Positions 12,544 through 26,900 of a stretch of DNA of 64,000 bases are shown here, piece after piece. Below the pieces are notes generated by a model that made no database searches, was not told the DNA's origin, and saw nothing but the letters and a program-made list of their open reading frames with translations. Position 1 is the stretch's first letter. The number at the start of each line of letters is the position of its first letter. This DNA comes from Raillietiella orientalis (lineage: Eukaryota), in NCBI GenBank assembly GCA_036172245.1, contig JAYWIR010000014.1:2108001-2172000 (forward strand), read 5' to 3'. Both the position numbers and the translations under genes were made by a program.

Positions 12544-15500
12544 TTACTTTCCCATTATTTTATTCCACAGCTGTTCTTCTTCACTATCTTCACTATCAAT
12601 TTCTCCTTCACTTAATTCTTTCTCTTTACTTTTGTCTCTATCAGTTCCTGCATACTGACCTGAGTAAGACAGCTCTTCTGGATGACCATAGGACTCATAA
12701 TTAGGATGCACTAAGGAAAGATTTCTGCTCTCTGGATGACTTGGGTGCATTAAACTCGGGGCTGTTCCCTGATACAAGTGGTTTCCTTGTGAAGAATGAT
12801 AGCATGAGGTCTGTGCCAGAGAAATTTGATAGTTTTCATTACAACTGGCAACAGGGAATGGCAAAGGAGAAGTTACTAGGTCTATTTTTGGCACTTGTTT
12901 TCCGAATATTTTTTCGTACTCTTCAATACTGCCTATTACTTTTGTACTACTCAGATCGGGGGTCTCGTCATCTTCAAGCTTCTGAATTTCATTTTCCCCT
13001 TTATTTTGCTTTTTTAAAGATTTTATCTTGTTTCTTACTTTGTTAAACATCTTACTGGTGCTATACACTTTTTGAACCTTTTCACTTTTTAACCACCTCA
13101 TACCCCACGTCAGGCCTTCCATATCTTTCATACTAGGTTCATTATCTGAATTTTTCCCATTTATCTTATCCATCTCAACTTGATTCATTTCAGCAAGTGA
13201 TCCATCTGCCGTCTCTACTGCTTCTACTTCCTTGTTAGAGGCTCCACCATCTGATGCCTTTTCACATGATTCCAATGCAGCGTCCTCATTTACAAGATTA
13301 TTGCTTGTGGAAGAATCAAATTCTTCTCGTTTCTCTGCACTTTCCGCCTTACCATCCGAGGAATCTTTTTGTTCTTTTTCTGAATCAATTTCTAATTTCT
13401 CAGCTACATAAAATCTTTTCAAAAGCATCATGGAACTGTTGATTTTTTTGAGCTTTTTCAAGGTAAGATCTAACATTTCCATTTGCTCTAATAAAAACTG
13501 ATCTTCAATTCCTGTCTGCTGTACTTCAGATTCGATCTCGGCGGATAATTCTTCTTTCATCTCAAACAACTTTGTTTTAAACTCGGATGCAGAGCTGTTA
13601 CATTTTTCGATCTTCTCATCCATGCTATCTTCAGCACGAGACATCTTATTGAAAACATTTACCTGCATGCTTTCAATAGTTCGTTCTAATTCAAATACCT
13701 TAGAGTCTAATTCATGAACTTCTCTCTGGAGACGTTCCTCTTTGGTTTCATTTCGGAACTCCTTCAGAGTATCCTCCTCAAAATTATTGCTACTCAAATT
13801 TTGCAAAGCTGAATCTATATCCGTACTCTGTGCAAATTCTGTTGCAGAATCACTGTTTTTATTCAAATCAGAAGATTCCATGGCATCAGGAACAGCATGC
13901 GATTCTGAATCTGTAGCGCTGGTGGTCTTGAAATCCTTCACAAATTTGGTTTCATTGAGATCATGGCTGATCTGAAGTTTTTTATCTTCTTCTGCGATGT
14001 GTTTATCCGATTTTTTCTTATCATTTACTTTCACTGGTTTTTCTTTCAATTGCTTCTGTTCTAACTGCTTTTTTTTCAGAACTTCAAGATCTTCTTCATT
14101 CAGTTCTTCATCTAGTTCTCCTTCTTCATAGTCATCTGGATTAGCAGAACGGTTTGCTCGAGCTTTTTCTAGCAACTCCATTATATCTAAATCTACATCC
14201 TTGTTTTCCATATTTCCAGATTCTGATAATCCTCTTGATATTTTGGAACTCTCCGAATCAGTACCCGAACTTTCGGATGAAGAAGAGCACTGTGAAGAAA
14301 ATGAAGAAGAAGATCCATTTACTTTTGGTGACCTTTCCATATTAGATTTTCGGTATGGTCGTTTGCGTTTACACTTTCGAAACTCTTCACCACGATCATA
14401 ACGATTCTCGGCTTCTTCGTCTTCAAGTTCCTCCTCTTGTTCACAATTCACATCATACATTCTTTGGTGAAAAATATTCTCCTCCTCACTATCACTTTCA
14501 TGTAGAATATGTTGTGTCTCTTTTGTATGACATTTTTCCGTTGTTGACAATGACATCTGATTATTGGTGGAGTCCCTGATTTCCATATGGGCATCTGCCA
14601 TGTAGGAAACATCATCAGATAATGTTTTCTCTTCTTCACTATGTTGTTCACCACTACTGTCTGATGAGTGAACTTCACACAGGTTTTCAACATCAGAAAG
14701 CAATGCTGCCACTTCAAACTCATCTAAACTTGGATCACTTTCTCCTGTTTGGCGTTTCTGAATCATTGCACGGATGGCACGGGCCCTCATTTCTAATTCA
14801 AGCAAATCCATCATAGATGGGTCATTGCTTTTGTTTTCCTTTTCTTTGTCAACAGTTGGTATTTTCTCTGACTAAATGAACCTGAAGGTTGCACAAAATT
14901 TAGATTTTGGTTTGTTTACCTCCATCTTTGTTGAGTCTGAACTTTCTGTTTCTGTGACTTCAAGTTTAGTCTTTTTTGGAGGGGGTTGTAGACTTTCATC
15001 ATTAAGAGTATTGACTGCACCTGGGATAGTGTATTGCATCAATTACCATATCAAAGAATAATATTTAGGACAAATTCAATTAATTCACGACATTCAATTC
15101 ACAAAATGTGAACACTTACTTGATTTATCTTCCAATGCTGCATCTGAATGGTATTCAGTTCCTAAAAGAATATGGAATATGTGTGTAATATACATATACA
15201 TGCATTTTATGCTCTATCTACCTTCCAAAATACTTTTTACTTCATTCTGGGACATTTTATTAAGTTCAACTAAACAGAAAACCTTAATATTCTCTAAGGA
15301 AACATGCTGAAAAATCAAAAGAAAAAGTAATTAAAAATTCACTTCCAGTACCTTGAGAGAATTTGGCAAAAAAGTTCTAAGCTCCTTTTCTTCAATAGCC
15401 ATGAACACCTGATTTATCATAGCTTCGTAATCTGATAAATAATGGCTCAGAGAATGTACTTCTGTTTGTCTGTCAGCTTCTTCTTTCTCAGTCTTCGCTG

Positions 15501-16629
15501 TTTCCAAAGGCTAAACAGATACATAAATTAAATGGAATCTGAATAAAAGAGATTTGAGTGCACAGGAACAAAAAACCTTACTACTTTATATGTCATTATG
15601 ATTTACAGCTTATTATTAGTTTGTCATAACTTTTGATGGAATTTCTCAGTATCACTGACATAAAACTGTAACAATAAATTATTTACAGAAGTACATTCTC
15701 TGAGAAGCAAAAAAACAACACACTTAAAACATAAGGAAATAAACGATATAAGAATACAATAAAAACTCATGAACAATTTTCTATTGAATACAACATAGAT
15801 AGATCTCAGGGTTCTAATGCTGTTCTATTGACACAGAATAGAAGGAACACACACTCCATATTTTATCTATGCAATCAAAAGCTCTGAGCCCATTTTAACT
15901 TTTCTTCAGGATACATACATCTACTGACTTCATCATATGAACATCTTTTCACACATGCTCTGGATTCCAAGCATAATGAACAATTTTATCCTCAATCTGA
16001 CAAGTTCTACAAACTTTAAATTCAACAATGTATCTCATTTGTTAATTGGAAGAAAATTGGCATTTTCGTTTCTAGAGAATAGCACAAGGCTAGCTTCAAC
16101 AAGTTCTAATATCAATCAACTTCAAATTGAAAAAAAAAACACTTACCCTAAAATATGTTATTACAGAAAAATAATGAGTGGCCTTTCAGAATGAGTATTG
16201 GAAATGAAGAAAAAAAAAAATGAGGCACCTAGCTATGTTTTCAACAAAAAGGCTCAGATATGTAAACCTGATCACCACATTAGCACACTTACTTGAGTTC
16301 ATGACGAGGTTTATTGGGAAACTCGTAATCTGTGAAACGAAAAACGGTAAAAAATAAAAAAAAAAACAAGTCTTTATGAAATTCATTTCTTTTTCCTTCC
16401 AACAGAAGCCTATGGCATGGTTCTGATAATACAAAGGCGAATAAAAAATATTGCATAAATTGGCAGCACACGTTTTCTTACGTTTAGTATCCGCATTCAT
16501 AAGAAAACTCTACCATTCACAATTTACCAAAGTTATGGTTGAAAGGTTAATTTTAAATTTCCCCTTCTTCTTCAAGGGCTTTTTCAGATTATCCTCAACG
16601 GCTGTCGCTGCAAAATTTGTCATCACCAT
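12544..16629 (-). CDS. CAAP1: CAAP1-domain protein (caspase activity and apoptosis inhibitor 1-like), ~938 aa, 6 exons: 16629-16528, 15510-15352, 15306-15222, 15161-15120, 15020-14920, 14871-12544
   Basis: Exons join in frame through GT-AG introns. CAAP1 core HSLSHYLSDYEAMINQVFMAIEEKELRTFLPNSLKHVSLENIKVFCLVELNKMSQNEVKSILEG and signature LLELEMRARAIRAM. The first exon is inferred from ATG, donor and phase. Confidence 0.85.
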
Positions 16630-17449
16630 TTTAACAGACCACGACAACTAACAGATGCCTTTATTACGTAATTACAAATCTGAAATTGAAAATTATTTTC
16701 TAAAGCAATGTACTTCTCCAGAATGACTCAAGATTCTCAAGTAATGCAATCTTACCTTGACTTTCGGATGCTATAATGCATCGAATGCATGTAAACACAA
16801 TTTCACGTGATTCACGCATTCACTCACTGTATCCACTTTGCAAACGAAAATTTGAAAATTGTTCTTTAAAATTGTTTTCCATGGAAATCTCAAAATATTT
16901 TTTCATAAAGGATAGATCCATTTTATTTTACTGAAATAAATCCATTAAAAGCTACATTTTTCATGTAGTACAATTTTAAACTAGAATATTAATTACATTG
17001 CCTTAGAAAATAGTCTTGAATACTTGACCACATTTCCTGAAATCAATTATACCGGTGAATATAATAAATATTATCAAACTCATATTATTTGATATTGATA
17101 TCATTACTGTCATTATTACTGTGTCTAATATAGACATTTTTTGTTACATCCTTAAAAATAAAATCATTGAATCATTGTAACATGCGTTCTCCACTACGTG
17201 TGTTTCAATGTTAGTGATCAGCCCTCAAGTATATTAATTTTTAAAAAGTCCTTTAATTAAAAAAGTTGGATTTATTAGTAATACAAAATATTACCTAGAT
17301 ATGCTTCTTAAGGTCAACACTTAACGTGTGATTTTTCAAATAGATTTCTAGTAGAGAGCAACAATTCCTTTTTCATATAAATTGCAATGGATACATTTCA
17401 TTGCATTCTAAATTATTACGTCCTTATGTTATTCTTACAGTTTTAATAT

Positions 17450-18420
17450 TTTTCAGGAGTATTCTGATAAAGAATGAGTTCGAAAAAATTTACTTTGTTA
17501 AAGCTTAGAAGGGATTTAAAGCCACGAATCCAACGCCTCCTACAAGATGCTATGAAGACGGATGCTGAAGATCGAAATTCATCGATTACACCCTGAGACC
17601 TCTCAAGACATCAGCTTCTCTTTCAAGGGGAAATTAGCACGAACAATGGTGAAGAACGTGAACGAGATTCGAGAGGAGACTCCGAAGAAAGTCAACTGAA
17701 CAGCCGCGCACGAAATGGAAAATACAAAGACAGGAGCATTAAAAAAAGACATTGAGAAGACGCAAGACACAGTACGCTGTTGTTCTGCAGGACTTTCTGT
17801 GGATCAGCGGCGGCTACTTTAGAGAGAACCTTTTCAAGAAGCTTCGTAATGGCTGATAGGAAAAGAGCAGAGCATAAATGTGAAGTCGACCTGGACTTGG
17901 ACAGAAACCGTCCACAGGAAAAGAAGGAATTTTAGGATTCATAGAACATTAAGATGGCCATTACGCCTGAGATAACAAAGTTCGATCTTCGGAAAGGGTG
18001 TTGAGAGAGCCATATGGGACAGTAAGATTTTAAAAGACACGTAATGCCATCAGAGCAATCAATGCAACCATTAGGAAGCATCCTTTGAGCGTTGTAGAGA
18101 CACCCTAAAATGACTGCAGTGTGGGTTTCATTGGCAACCACATAAGGGATTTTGAAAAACATTCTTAGTTGGAAGGACGGCTGTGCAGAGTGGTCAAGAA
18201 GACTGAAGAAAATGCAGATCCTGAGCGTGAGAACATTGGAATAGAAGGAAGGAATAGACTGGAATAGAACAGATGGAAGCAGCATGACGAATTGCTTCCA
18301 TCGTATGCAAACAAAAATAGAATGAATTTATCGAGTCAGTTTAAAACCAAAGACCAAAGGACTTATACCTCTGGGAACATTCAAAAAGGGATTGAAAAGT
18401 AGAAAAGAAAATGAATAGAA
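17450..18420 (+). mobile_element. Highly decayed LINE (CR1/L2-like) RT remnant
   Basis: Purine-rich coding-like texture with weak resemblance to CR1 C-terminal RT motifs (LVETP*NDCSV...LEGRLCRVVK); many stops. Confidence 0.3.
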
Positions 18421-18899
18421 CATGACCAGAAACATATCAGCAATCTATACTTCGAATTTGTAAATGTTCAAGTAGACAGACTTTCTACGTCGAACTGTAA
18501 ATCAGGAAAGAGGCCTTCAAAGGTAAACTCAAATCATATGTCGATCTATAATGAAGATATTTTGTGTGCAAAAATATATAATTATGTCTTAAATGAAAAT
18601 TCTTTATTCTTGTACATTATGCATAGGATATAAGGGTAGGTTCATAATCACCAGAAACTAAAAAATTATTTAGCAAATGAAGTCATCATGTGGACCACCT
18701 TTCTAAATGTATTATTTGAAGAAAAGAAATCACTGTTTCATTGATGTAGAAAAAGTGAATGATCACTGTACAGATGATAACTACAAAAAATGTTCCTGAA
18801 AATAAAATGCACGCACACGCTTTGATATCGTTCGGAGATATGATTCTGAAATCCTTTATCTGGTAGCTCACTTTCATTTCAAAAGCTTACTATTACCTT

Positions 18900-19840
18900 A
18901 TCTCAATACTGGTTATAACACGATTGCATACGTAACCTTTAAGTTTTGCGAAACGAAAAAGGAACTGCTGGATTCCTTGTTCACCACATTGAAAACTTCC
19001 AATGTCTAAAAATGCGTTTTGCTGTACTACATTACTTTTTAACGAAAATGCAAAGTCAGTGGTTTTTTTTTCCTTTAGTATCGTATGCAGTTGAAAGCAA
19101 CAACATGACACGTATGTCTTAATGAGAATTCTCTACTCCAAGAGCTTAATCAGTCTGCATACGCTGTTGACAGACAGTGCTTTGCCACAAGCTGTCTTCT
19201 CATAGCCTTATTATTAGTAAGGAGCAGCAGAAGGCACAACCTTATGAGAATTCATCCCAACGGACCACAGCAGTGGAGCTAACAGTTAGAAATATTCAGT
19301 TTGACGAACTGAAGAGTAACATCAATAATGTCCTGTCGAAAAGAAGGGAAAAAGACACGAATTTTTGACATGTTGAAAATTTTCAGACACCACTAAATAC
19401 AACAGCTGCTAATCAGCCATACATCAGAACACCGATGAATGAGTAAGACATCGGCTACCGAAGGAACTACTTCAGAATTTTTATGCACTAAAAGAGTTGT
19501 TTCATGTGAAAGTTAATTTGCGACTGCAGTTCTAGGCATTTCCTAACCAGAAGAACATTCATCCTCGAATCGAACATTTGTATCTCTTCGTATTCTTGTT
19601 GCTGTTGCTGTTAGCCATCCACTTTCAAATTAACAAGACCGACTCTCAGATGGTGAAACCGGAGTTGTTCAAAAATCCATTCCTTACATTTTTCAAGAAT
19701 GCTTACGATATCTTTGCTTCTCAGCCGGGTGTTGTGGAGTGCAATTCCAATTTTGGCTGGAGCAGGGAGGTGGGAAGTGCAGCGATCTGCAAGGGCGCGA
19801 TTTTTTGTGATTGTTTTGCGGGCAGACGGAATAGGCAATA
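18900..19840 (-). pseudogene. Degenerate Nipped-B/NIPBL-like fragment (N-terminus joined to start of HEAT region)
   Basis: IPSARKTITKNRALAD..HLPAP (~IPSVPITTLAGIASLTDLL..LPLP) and QDIIDVTLQFVKLNISN (~EDVIERVIQYTKFHLQN); stops present. Confidence 0.5.
19180..19440 (+). pseudogene. Degenerate CAP-like fragment
   Basis: NNVLSKRREKDTNF*HVE...QPYIR (~NRVLKEWKEKDVTHVEW...QAYIR). Confidence 0.55.
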
Positions 19841-20161
19841 GGCCTTGGAACGATAAGAGGCGAATGCGATAACTCAAGATGTGAACAAACCTTGCATTAT
19901 CCGTTCATTTATCTTGAGCACAGTTCACTTTTAAAATGTAAAAGGTGAGTGTATAGACGTAATATAGCATTAAGTCGGTACGGTGAATATGCTTGAATGC
20001 ACAGAATATGTTTCGCTTTTCCGAAGTATTACACGGTTTTCAAAATTACATTTCTTATTGAATTTATGGCCAGTATTTATTTATTCTATAATGTGACGAC
20101 ACAGTTTTAGCAAAGCAATGATAAGAAGACAGTGGAGACTTATGTCAGTTTTGGGTGGAGA

Positions 20162-23100
20162 ATGTGTACTTTTCAATTTATGGTTTTCCTTGTATCCTGT
20201 ATTGCTACCGAGCTACTGTTGTTGATACAATGTACTTTTGGTAAGGAAACTTATTCTACTAAATTTATGAATTCAGCCATTTTTGTGGAGGATCTGTAGA
20301 TCCTTTTTGTTCACGGTAGCACACGATAATCATAGCAGAATTAAAAACAGCGAATATAAAAGTTTAAATATTCATGACAAGTTGTTACCTGGTTTTCATA
20401 AATAGCTTGTGAGATTTGTTTTCCAAAACCAGAATATTAAAAGTTAAAAGCTGTGTGATTCATGATTTTTGTATAGCTGCATGCCTTGAATGTGCTTTAT
20501 TTAACTGGATGCAATCAAGTGGATCACTTATAAAAAGAAAAGGAAATTCTTTTGTGATTATTCCTTATGATTATTTTTCTTTTAAGGCCTTAAGAATCAG
20601 TTGAAATACTATGAAACACTTCAAATGGTCTCTGTTAATCATCATGTGTACAAACGAGAGACCAGTTCAAATCCTGTCACTTTTACTGCTACCAAAGAAG
20701 TTTCATTCTCAGCAATGGGAAGGTAATTTTAATTTTGTTGTAAATTAATTGTATCAGAAGTTTGGAAATTTTCCAATTTCATCGCAATGTGTACAATTAT
20801 TTTTGTGGTTACTTCCAATCTGTAAAACAAGTAAATTCAATCAAATATATCATCACATTTATTAAACAATGAATGGCTGATTTTTGTGAATTAATCAAAA
20901 TGTCATCTTAACTTGTAAGTTTAGCCTCCTTTTTGTGTAGTTGCCCGTGATATTTTCATGCTTTTCAATAAAGGGATGAAGATTTTCCAGAAATGCTGGT
21001 TCTGCACTGTCTCTTCTTTATTAAGTTTCATTAGAAAAAGAATCCAACCAGTTGTAGCTGCATCATTGCAGTTGTGACTAGTTGAAAATATCTGCAGACT
21101 GGTTCCTCCACAAATGTTTTCACATTAATGAGATCATACTAACATTTCAGTATCACTAAATTATTAGCATAATTTATGCCTTCAGTATTTTGCATTTTAT
21201 TAAATTCTTTTAGTACAATCAAACTTCCTAATCAAACATGTGTTTCATACCTAATCATATGATTCTTTTGTTTCATTTTTGGTGTGATTGCCATCTTTCC
21301 ATTCTTAATATTATTGATAAACTCAGCTAGTAAAACTTTTGGAAAGGAAGTTGCTTGTTTATGTTAACAATTACTTTAGAAATTTTAGTTTGCTTCTTTC
21401 ACCTCGAAAGGGTATTCTTCATTCTCAGTTTGAAGCATACTCGGTAGATAGCTCTGGAAAAGAAACTCCTGAATATATTGGTATGCTTAGTAATTCACAA
21501 ATAAATTTGAAATTTTTTGCTTTTCATATTAGATCAAGAACAGTTTTTTGAAGGGAGAGTTTCAGGTGAATTAGAATCATCTGTTATAGCACATATGGAT
21601 AATGGTGTGCTCACAGCTAACATTCATACTCCTGATGAAATTTTTGTAGTAGAGGTAATATTGCCATTTTGTTAGGTAATAAGACAATGTGAACACAGCC
21701 ATCATGGAGACATTTAGAGAATACCGAAAATCATAGCATGATTGTGTACAAAACTTCAGATTTGAAACAAGATGATGATTTGGAAAACAAAGAAAAATTC
21801 TCAAGAAAATGTGCTTATATTAAAGTGGAATTAAATAGTTCTGGTTTGTAATTGTGAGATTGGAGACAATTATGTAATGCCACCTGTAGATAAGGATGGA
21901 AATGTCAGAAAAAAACGTAGTGAAGGTCCAATGGGGCGATCTTATCAACCAGTGAAAACACGCTGTCCATTACTTTTGGTTGCAGATTATAGATTTTTTC
22001 AAGAGATGGGTGGAGGCATAACAAAAACTACAATCAATTATTTAGTAAGATGAGATAGACGATATTTTTCTTTTTGTCAGTTTTCAAAATCTAGATCAGC
22101 CTTATAGATCGAGTGCATAAAATCTATGCAGAGACTGAATGGAAAGATGCTGCTCTTGGTGAAGGATTTTCGGGAATTGGTTTTGTCATTAAAAAAATCA
22201 TTGTTCATACGGAACCAACAAGAGTATCCAGTGGAGAGCAGCATTACAACATGGAAAGTTCTGGAAATTGGGATGTACGAAGTTTACTGGAGGTAATCTA
22301 GTGGTGTTATGCTTATTTATTGTTTTAACTGATTATTTTTGCATGTGTTTTAATTGCATGGATTGAAATGCTACAACTTTTGCTTTAGGTTTTCAGCCGT
22401 GAATATAGCCATAAGGATTACTGTTTAGCTCATCTTTTTACGGATCTCCGATTTGAAGGTGGAATTTTGGGATTAGCTTATGTTGGATCTCCAAGGAGAA
22501 ATTCGGTAGGGGGCATCTGCACTCCAGGTATGGTGATGGTGCATGCAAACTTTCTAACAAAAACACTTTTACACTGATTAAGGAATGGGATGTGTTCATA
22601 CATCCTTTCTAGTATATGTCCCTAAACTTTTGTTTCTTTTGATGATTTCAGAATATTTCAAGAATGGATACACTCTATATCTCAATTCTGGCTTAAGCTC
22701 ATCCCGTAATCATTATGGACAAAGAGTTATCACAAGAGAAGCTGATCTTGTTACTGCTCATGAATTTGGACATAACTGGGGTTCAGAACATGATCCTGAT
22801 TTACCAGAATGCAGTCCTGGTGCTAGTCAAGGTGGTTCATATTTGATGTACACATATTCTGTTAGTGGATATGACATCAATAATAAGGTATGTACTGTTT
22901 CTAGTTCAATGTTCTGTGTAATCACATCATTGTAGAAGTTCTCACCTTGTAGTCTGAGGTCAATTCGAGCAGTGTTATTAGCTAAGGCAAGTCGATGCTT
23001 CTCAGAACCAGAAGAATCTTTCTGTGGAAACTTAAGAGTTGAAGCTGGAGAAGAGTGTGATGCTGGACTGGTGGGCACTGAGGATGTTGATCCCTGTTGC

Positions 23101-23877
23101 AATCGTAATTGTCGTATAAGGAGAGATCGAGGAGCAGTGTGTAGTGATAAGAACTCACCTTGTTGTAATGCATGCCAGTTTATGGCTGTGGGTCAGAAAT
23201 GTCGTGATGCACAGCCAGCTACTTGTGAACAAGAGTCCCGTTGTACTGGAGCTTTAGCAGAATGCCCAGTATCTCCTCCTATGCCTGATGGAACAGAATG
23301 TATTGAAAAAGGGCAGTGTCTTGGTGGTAAATGCATTGCTTTTTGTGAAACACAGGGCATGCAAAGTTGCATGTGTGATCAAAGTAAGTGAAATCTGCAT
23401 CATTTTGTTTTTTATAAAGAAATTGCAGAAGAACATGCATGTAAGAGATGCTGTCGTTCTCAGCTGAATAGTTCTTGCACACCTGTTATCCCTTATGATA
23501 TTTTATTGGATGGGACTCCTTGTATTCATGGGTTCTGTAATAAGGTAATTTAAGTAGAAGTATGAAAGAATGACCTGTTGCAGGGGCATTGCGAGAGAAC
23601 TGTTCAAGATGTTGTAGAACGCTTCTGGGATATAATAGAAGATATTACCATTAATACTGTCCTCCATTTCCTCAAAGATAACATTGTTGGAACTGTGGTG
23701 CTCATTTCTCTAATTATTTGGGTGCCAATATGTATTGTTGTTTCTTATTTCGATCATAAGAAGAGAGAAGAACATCAAAAGTTTATGGAGTGGTGGAAAG
23801 GAAATGAAACTGTGCACCCTTCTGAATCAGTCCAACTTATTCATTGTGGATCAAAGTTATCTTCTTCAACTGCCTAG
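20162..23877 (+). CDS. ADAM17: ADAM17/TACE metalloprotease-disintegrin, multi-exon (exon 1 20162-20240, exon 2 20587-20722, exon 3 21380-21480 ... last exon 23584-23877)
   Basis: Signal peptide [21 protein letters not shown]; prodomain LKYYETL; cysteine switch CAYIK; furin site [18 protein letters not shown]; zinc site [12 protein letters not shown] with Met-turn YLMY; disintegrin [36 protein letters not shown]; transmembrane helix. Confidence 0.97.
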
Positions 23878-23942
23878 TCAAAAAATTACTGTGATTCTTT
23901 AATATTTCATTCCTTTTGGGACTGAGTATGTGTTTTATTCAC

Positions 23943-26900
23943 TTACAAATAAGCAGCCCATCCAATATACATTTGACAAAGATTATCGATGTTTGTAGCT
24001 TCATTGATGAGATAATTTACTTGTCCTTCAATAGACAAAGGGAGTGATATTGATTTATTTTTTCCCTTTATTATTCCATTGATCCTTTGCTCAATATCAC
24101 GAACATGATTAAGTGCCTGACAAAAAGGCTGCATTTATCTGCCAAAATTTTTTTTTACCTTTTCGTTGTGAATCTCGCCTGTACTTTCCTGCTGACGCCC
24201 CTTTAAAGGCCTTGTCCATTCTACAAGTGGATCATGCACAAATGGTTTCAATACGGACATGAAAGCATCTTTTTGGTGGCGTACAACCTTTAAGGTAACT
24301 TCAGATGCCTTGCGAAACAAGCCTTCATATCCTGAAAAAAAGAGTTCTGCACTTTGTAATTGAGCATATTAACCTGTTGGTCCCATAGCATCCACCATAT
24401 TGTGTGTTAGACGAAAGGGTACACATTCTGGCCATTCAAAAGTTTCTCCCTAAAATAGGATGAGAGCAAGAACTTTCAAAGTACTCTTACTTTGTTGAAT
24501 AAACAATTAAAGTCCACATGCACCACATCTCCAGTAACAGAATCTAATAAAATGTTTTCACCATGTCTATCTCCCAGTCCCAAAATGTAACCAATCATTG
24601 ACATAACTGCACTGCTACGTACATATGACAGTCTTGCCAGGTACCTGCAGTCATCAAATAAGTTTGTAGATAAATTTGTGAAAGTGGCATACCAGGTCTG
24701 AGGATCTGGAAAACTAATGCAGTACCAATGGTGCAAAAGTGGAGGGTGACGTGGTAACAAGTTCTTTAAGAAGTTTTCTTTTTTGGCTTCTAAGCTGGCA
24801 GAAAGTGGCAAGCACATCTGTTTGATGGAACTTGCTGTTGTGTAAATGCCTTTTGATTTGTACAGTTGGATTAAGATCTGCCGTAGTCCAGTTAAATTTG
24901 GAACCCATTCAATGAGACCACATTCTTCATTCAAGGGGATTACAGTCTAAATGCTTGTTACTGTAATCAATTAACATGTCTAGTGCCTTACATAAGTACG
25001 GATGTGCAGTCTTCGTTTACGTGATTCCAGATCTTTTCTTAAGCATCGGTTCACAAGTGTATTGAATTCCATCAAGCGGCTATCTTTTCTCAAATCATCC
25101 TGCATTTGCAATGAATATTTCTGATTCATTATATTTCGATTTACCTTGGGTTTGCACATCATGCTATAAAAATTTCCATCTGATGCACGGATTGTGATTT
25201 TCTTAGGCTTTTGAAGAGATGGCATAACCTCGATAACATTTTCTAGACTTGCGATGTATACTGCAGAACTTCAAAGGTATAGAGTTGAGTATACAGCTTC
25301 ACAGATTCCTTACTTTGGAAATGCATTATGGTTTGAATGTAAACCAGGGCTGCATGGAAATGCAACTGTCATGTATTTTTGCAAAGGGAGTAGAATGGGA
25401 CTGAAAGAAGAGTCAGCCAAGAGACGTGGAAGTGATTTCAAAACTTGATTAAGATTCAGCCGTGTCACTTTCTAAAATTGATTCAGAGATCTCGTCAAAC
25501 TCTACTAGTATACTGACTGGCTCCACTGGCTTATTTGATAACTCCAAAAGTTTTTCTGCAAATTTCAAAGAATGGGAAATGAAAGGCTGCAGCTGACTGT
25601 TGAATTCCCTAGCTTTGGAGAAGACTTCTTGGCAACGACGTACTCGTGTTGCATATGAAGACTTTAATTCAGTTTAAACTATCTCAGATTATCCTTACTT
25701 TAGAGACTGCTATAAGCATCCACATGGCCTGCTGTGGAAATTTGGCCAAGAGTTTGGCAATCATGTATTTCAATAAAATTGCAACTTCAGCATGAGAGTG
25801 ACAGATACGTGAAATTAACTGTGGGAATGCGGTGAAAAACTTGAAAGGAGGTAGCCTCTCAAAATACATTGCTAAACAATCAAATAGAAAATAAAACAAT
25901 GATTCCTTTTTACCTATATGTTTGTTCATATCAGCTAACTGTTGCTGATATACATGCAAACTATTAGCAGGCTGCTTTTGTTTTTCACAATCTGCTACAT
26001 AGGTTCCATAGTCCAACCACAGACTGAGCATTCTTGGTATTGAATGATAAATGTAATTACAACCATACAGTAAAGACTTTCCAAAATAATTGATGATGTG
26101 TAGCTGAATATCTCTAAACATAGAATGAACAATGCTGCATAATTCTGACAGCAGTCTTCTACCCCTTTTTTCCTTCCGTGTTAGATAAAAGACGATCATA
26201 ATACTGAGCTAAGTAGAAGTAACCATCTTCCCAGTTAGATCGTTCCTCAACAACCACATGATAATAATTAAGTAGCATATTGCTTTCCACATTACCAGAC
26301 TGCTCACTATATCTCGCCAACAGCAATTTAGCCTAAAAGTATGCTGAATGAGTAGGAAACTAAAATTGCCTCTTACTTTGGCTAGGAATAAATCATCCTT
26401 TGCATCAGGAATTTTGCCTTTTTTACTATATGTTGCAATTCCTTTCTGCAAAATGGCTAATGATTTATCTTGCTCTCCCATTTTCCAATGTAATTTGGCT
26501 GTTTCCAAAAATTCTTCTTTCAAATTAAAAGCTTTGGCATTTAATAAATAGTTGTGAGACTCCTGAAGATGCCCAAATCTAAATAGAGGAAGTACATAAG
26601 AAAAACCTTGACAATTTAGAAATGTAAGAGCTGCATGTAATTTTGTGATAACTGTACTATGTAGGCATACTGAATGTTTAACTGGAAAAGTTATCAACCC
26701 CAAAATTATGATATATACTTTCGAGCAAGTTTTGCACTATGCAACCATGCAGACCCCACACATTTTCTAAGATATTCAGTCAGATCGGGAGAAAGTGATT
26801 CACAATGCTGCAATGCAAGTCCAATCAAAGTGCGTCTAATCGTCAACAAAGGCTCCAAACATCGAGTAGATGCCTGAATGAGATGGAGACGACTGTTCCA

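Noticed and set aside
14882..14919. 38 nt CAAP1 intron using the first AG
   Set aside because: Gives a frameshift and stop; the AG at 14872-14873 (48 nt intron) keeps the frame.
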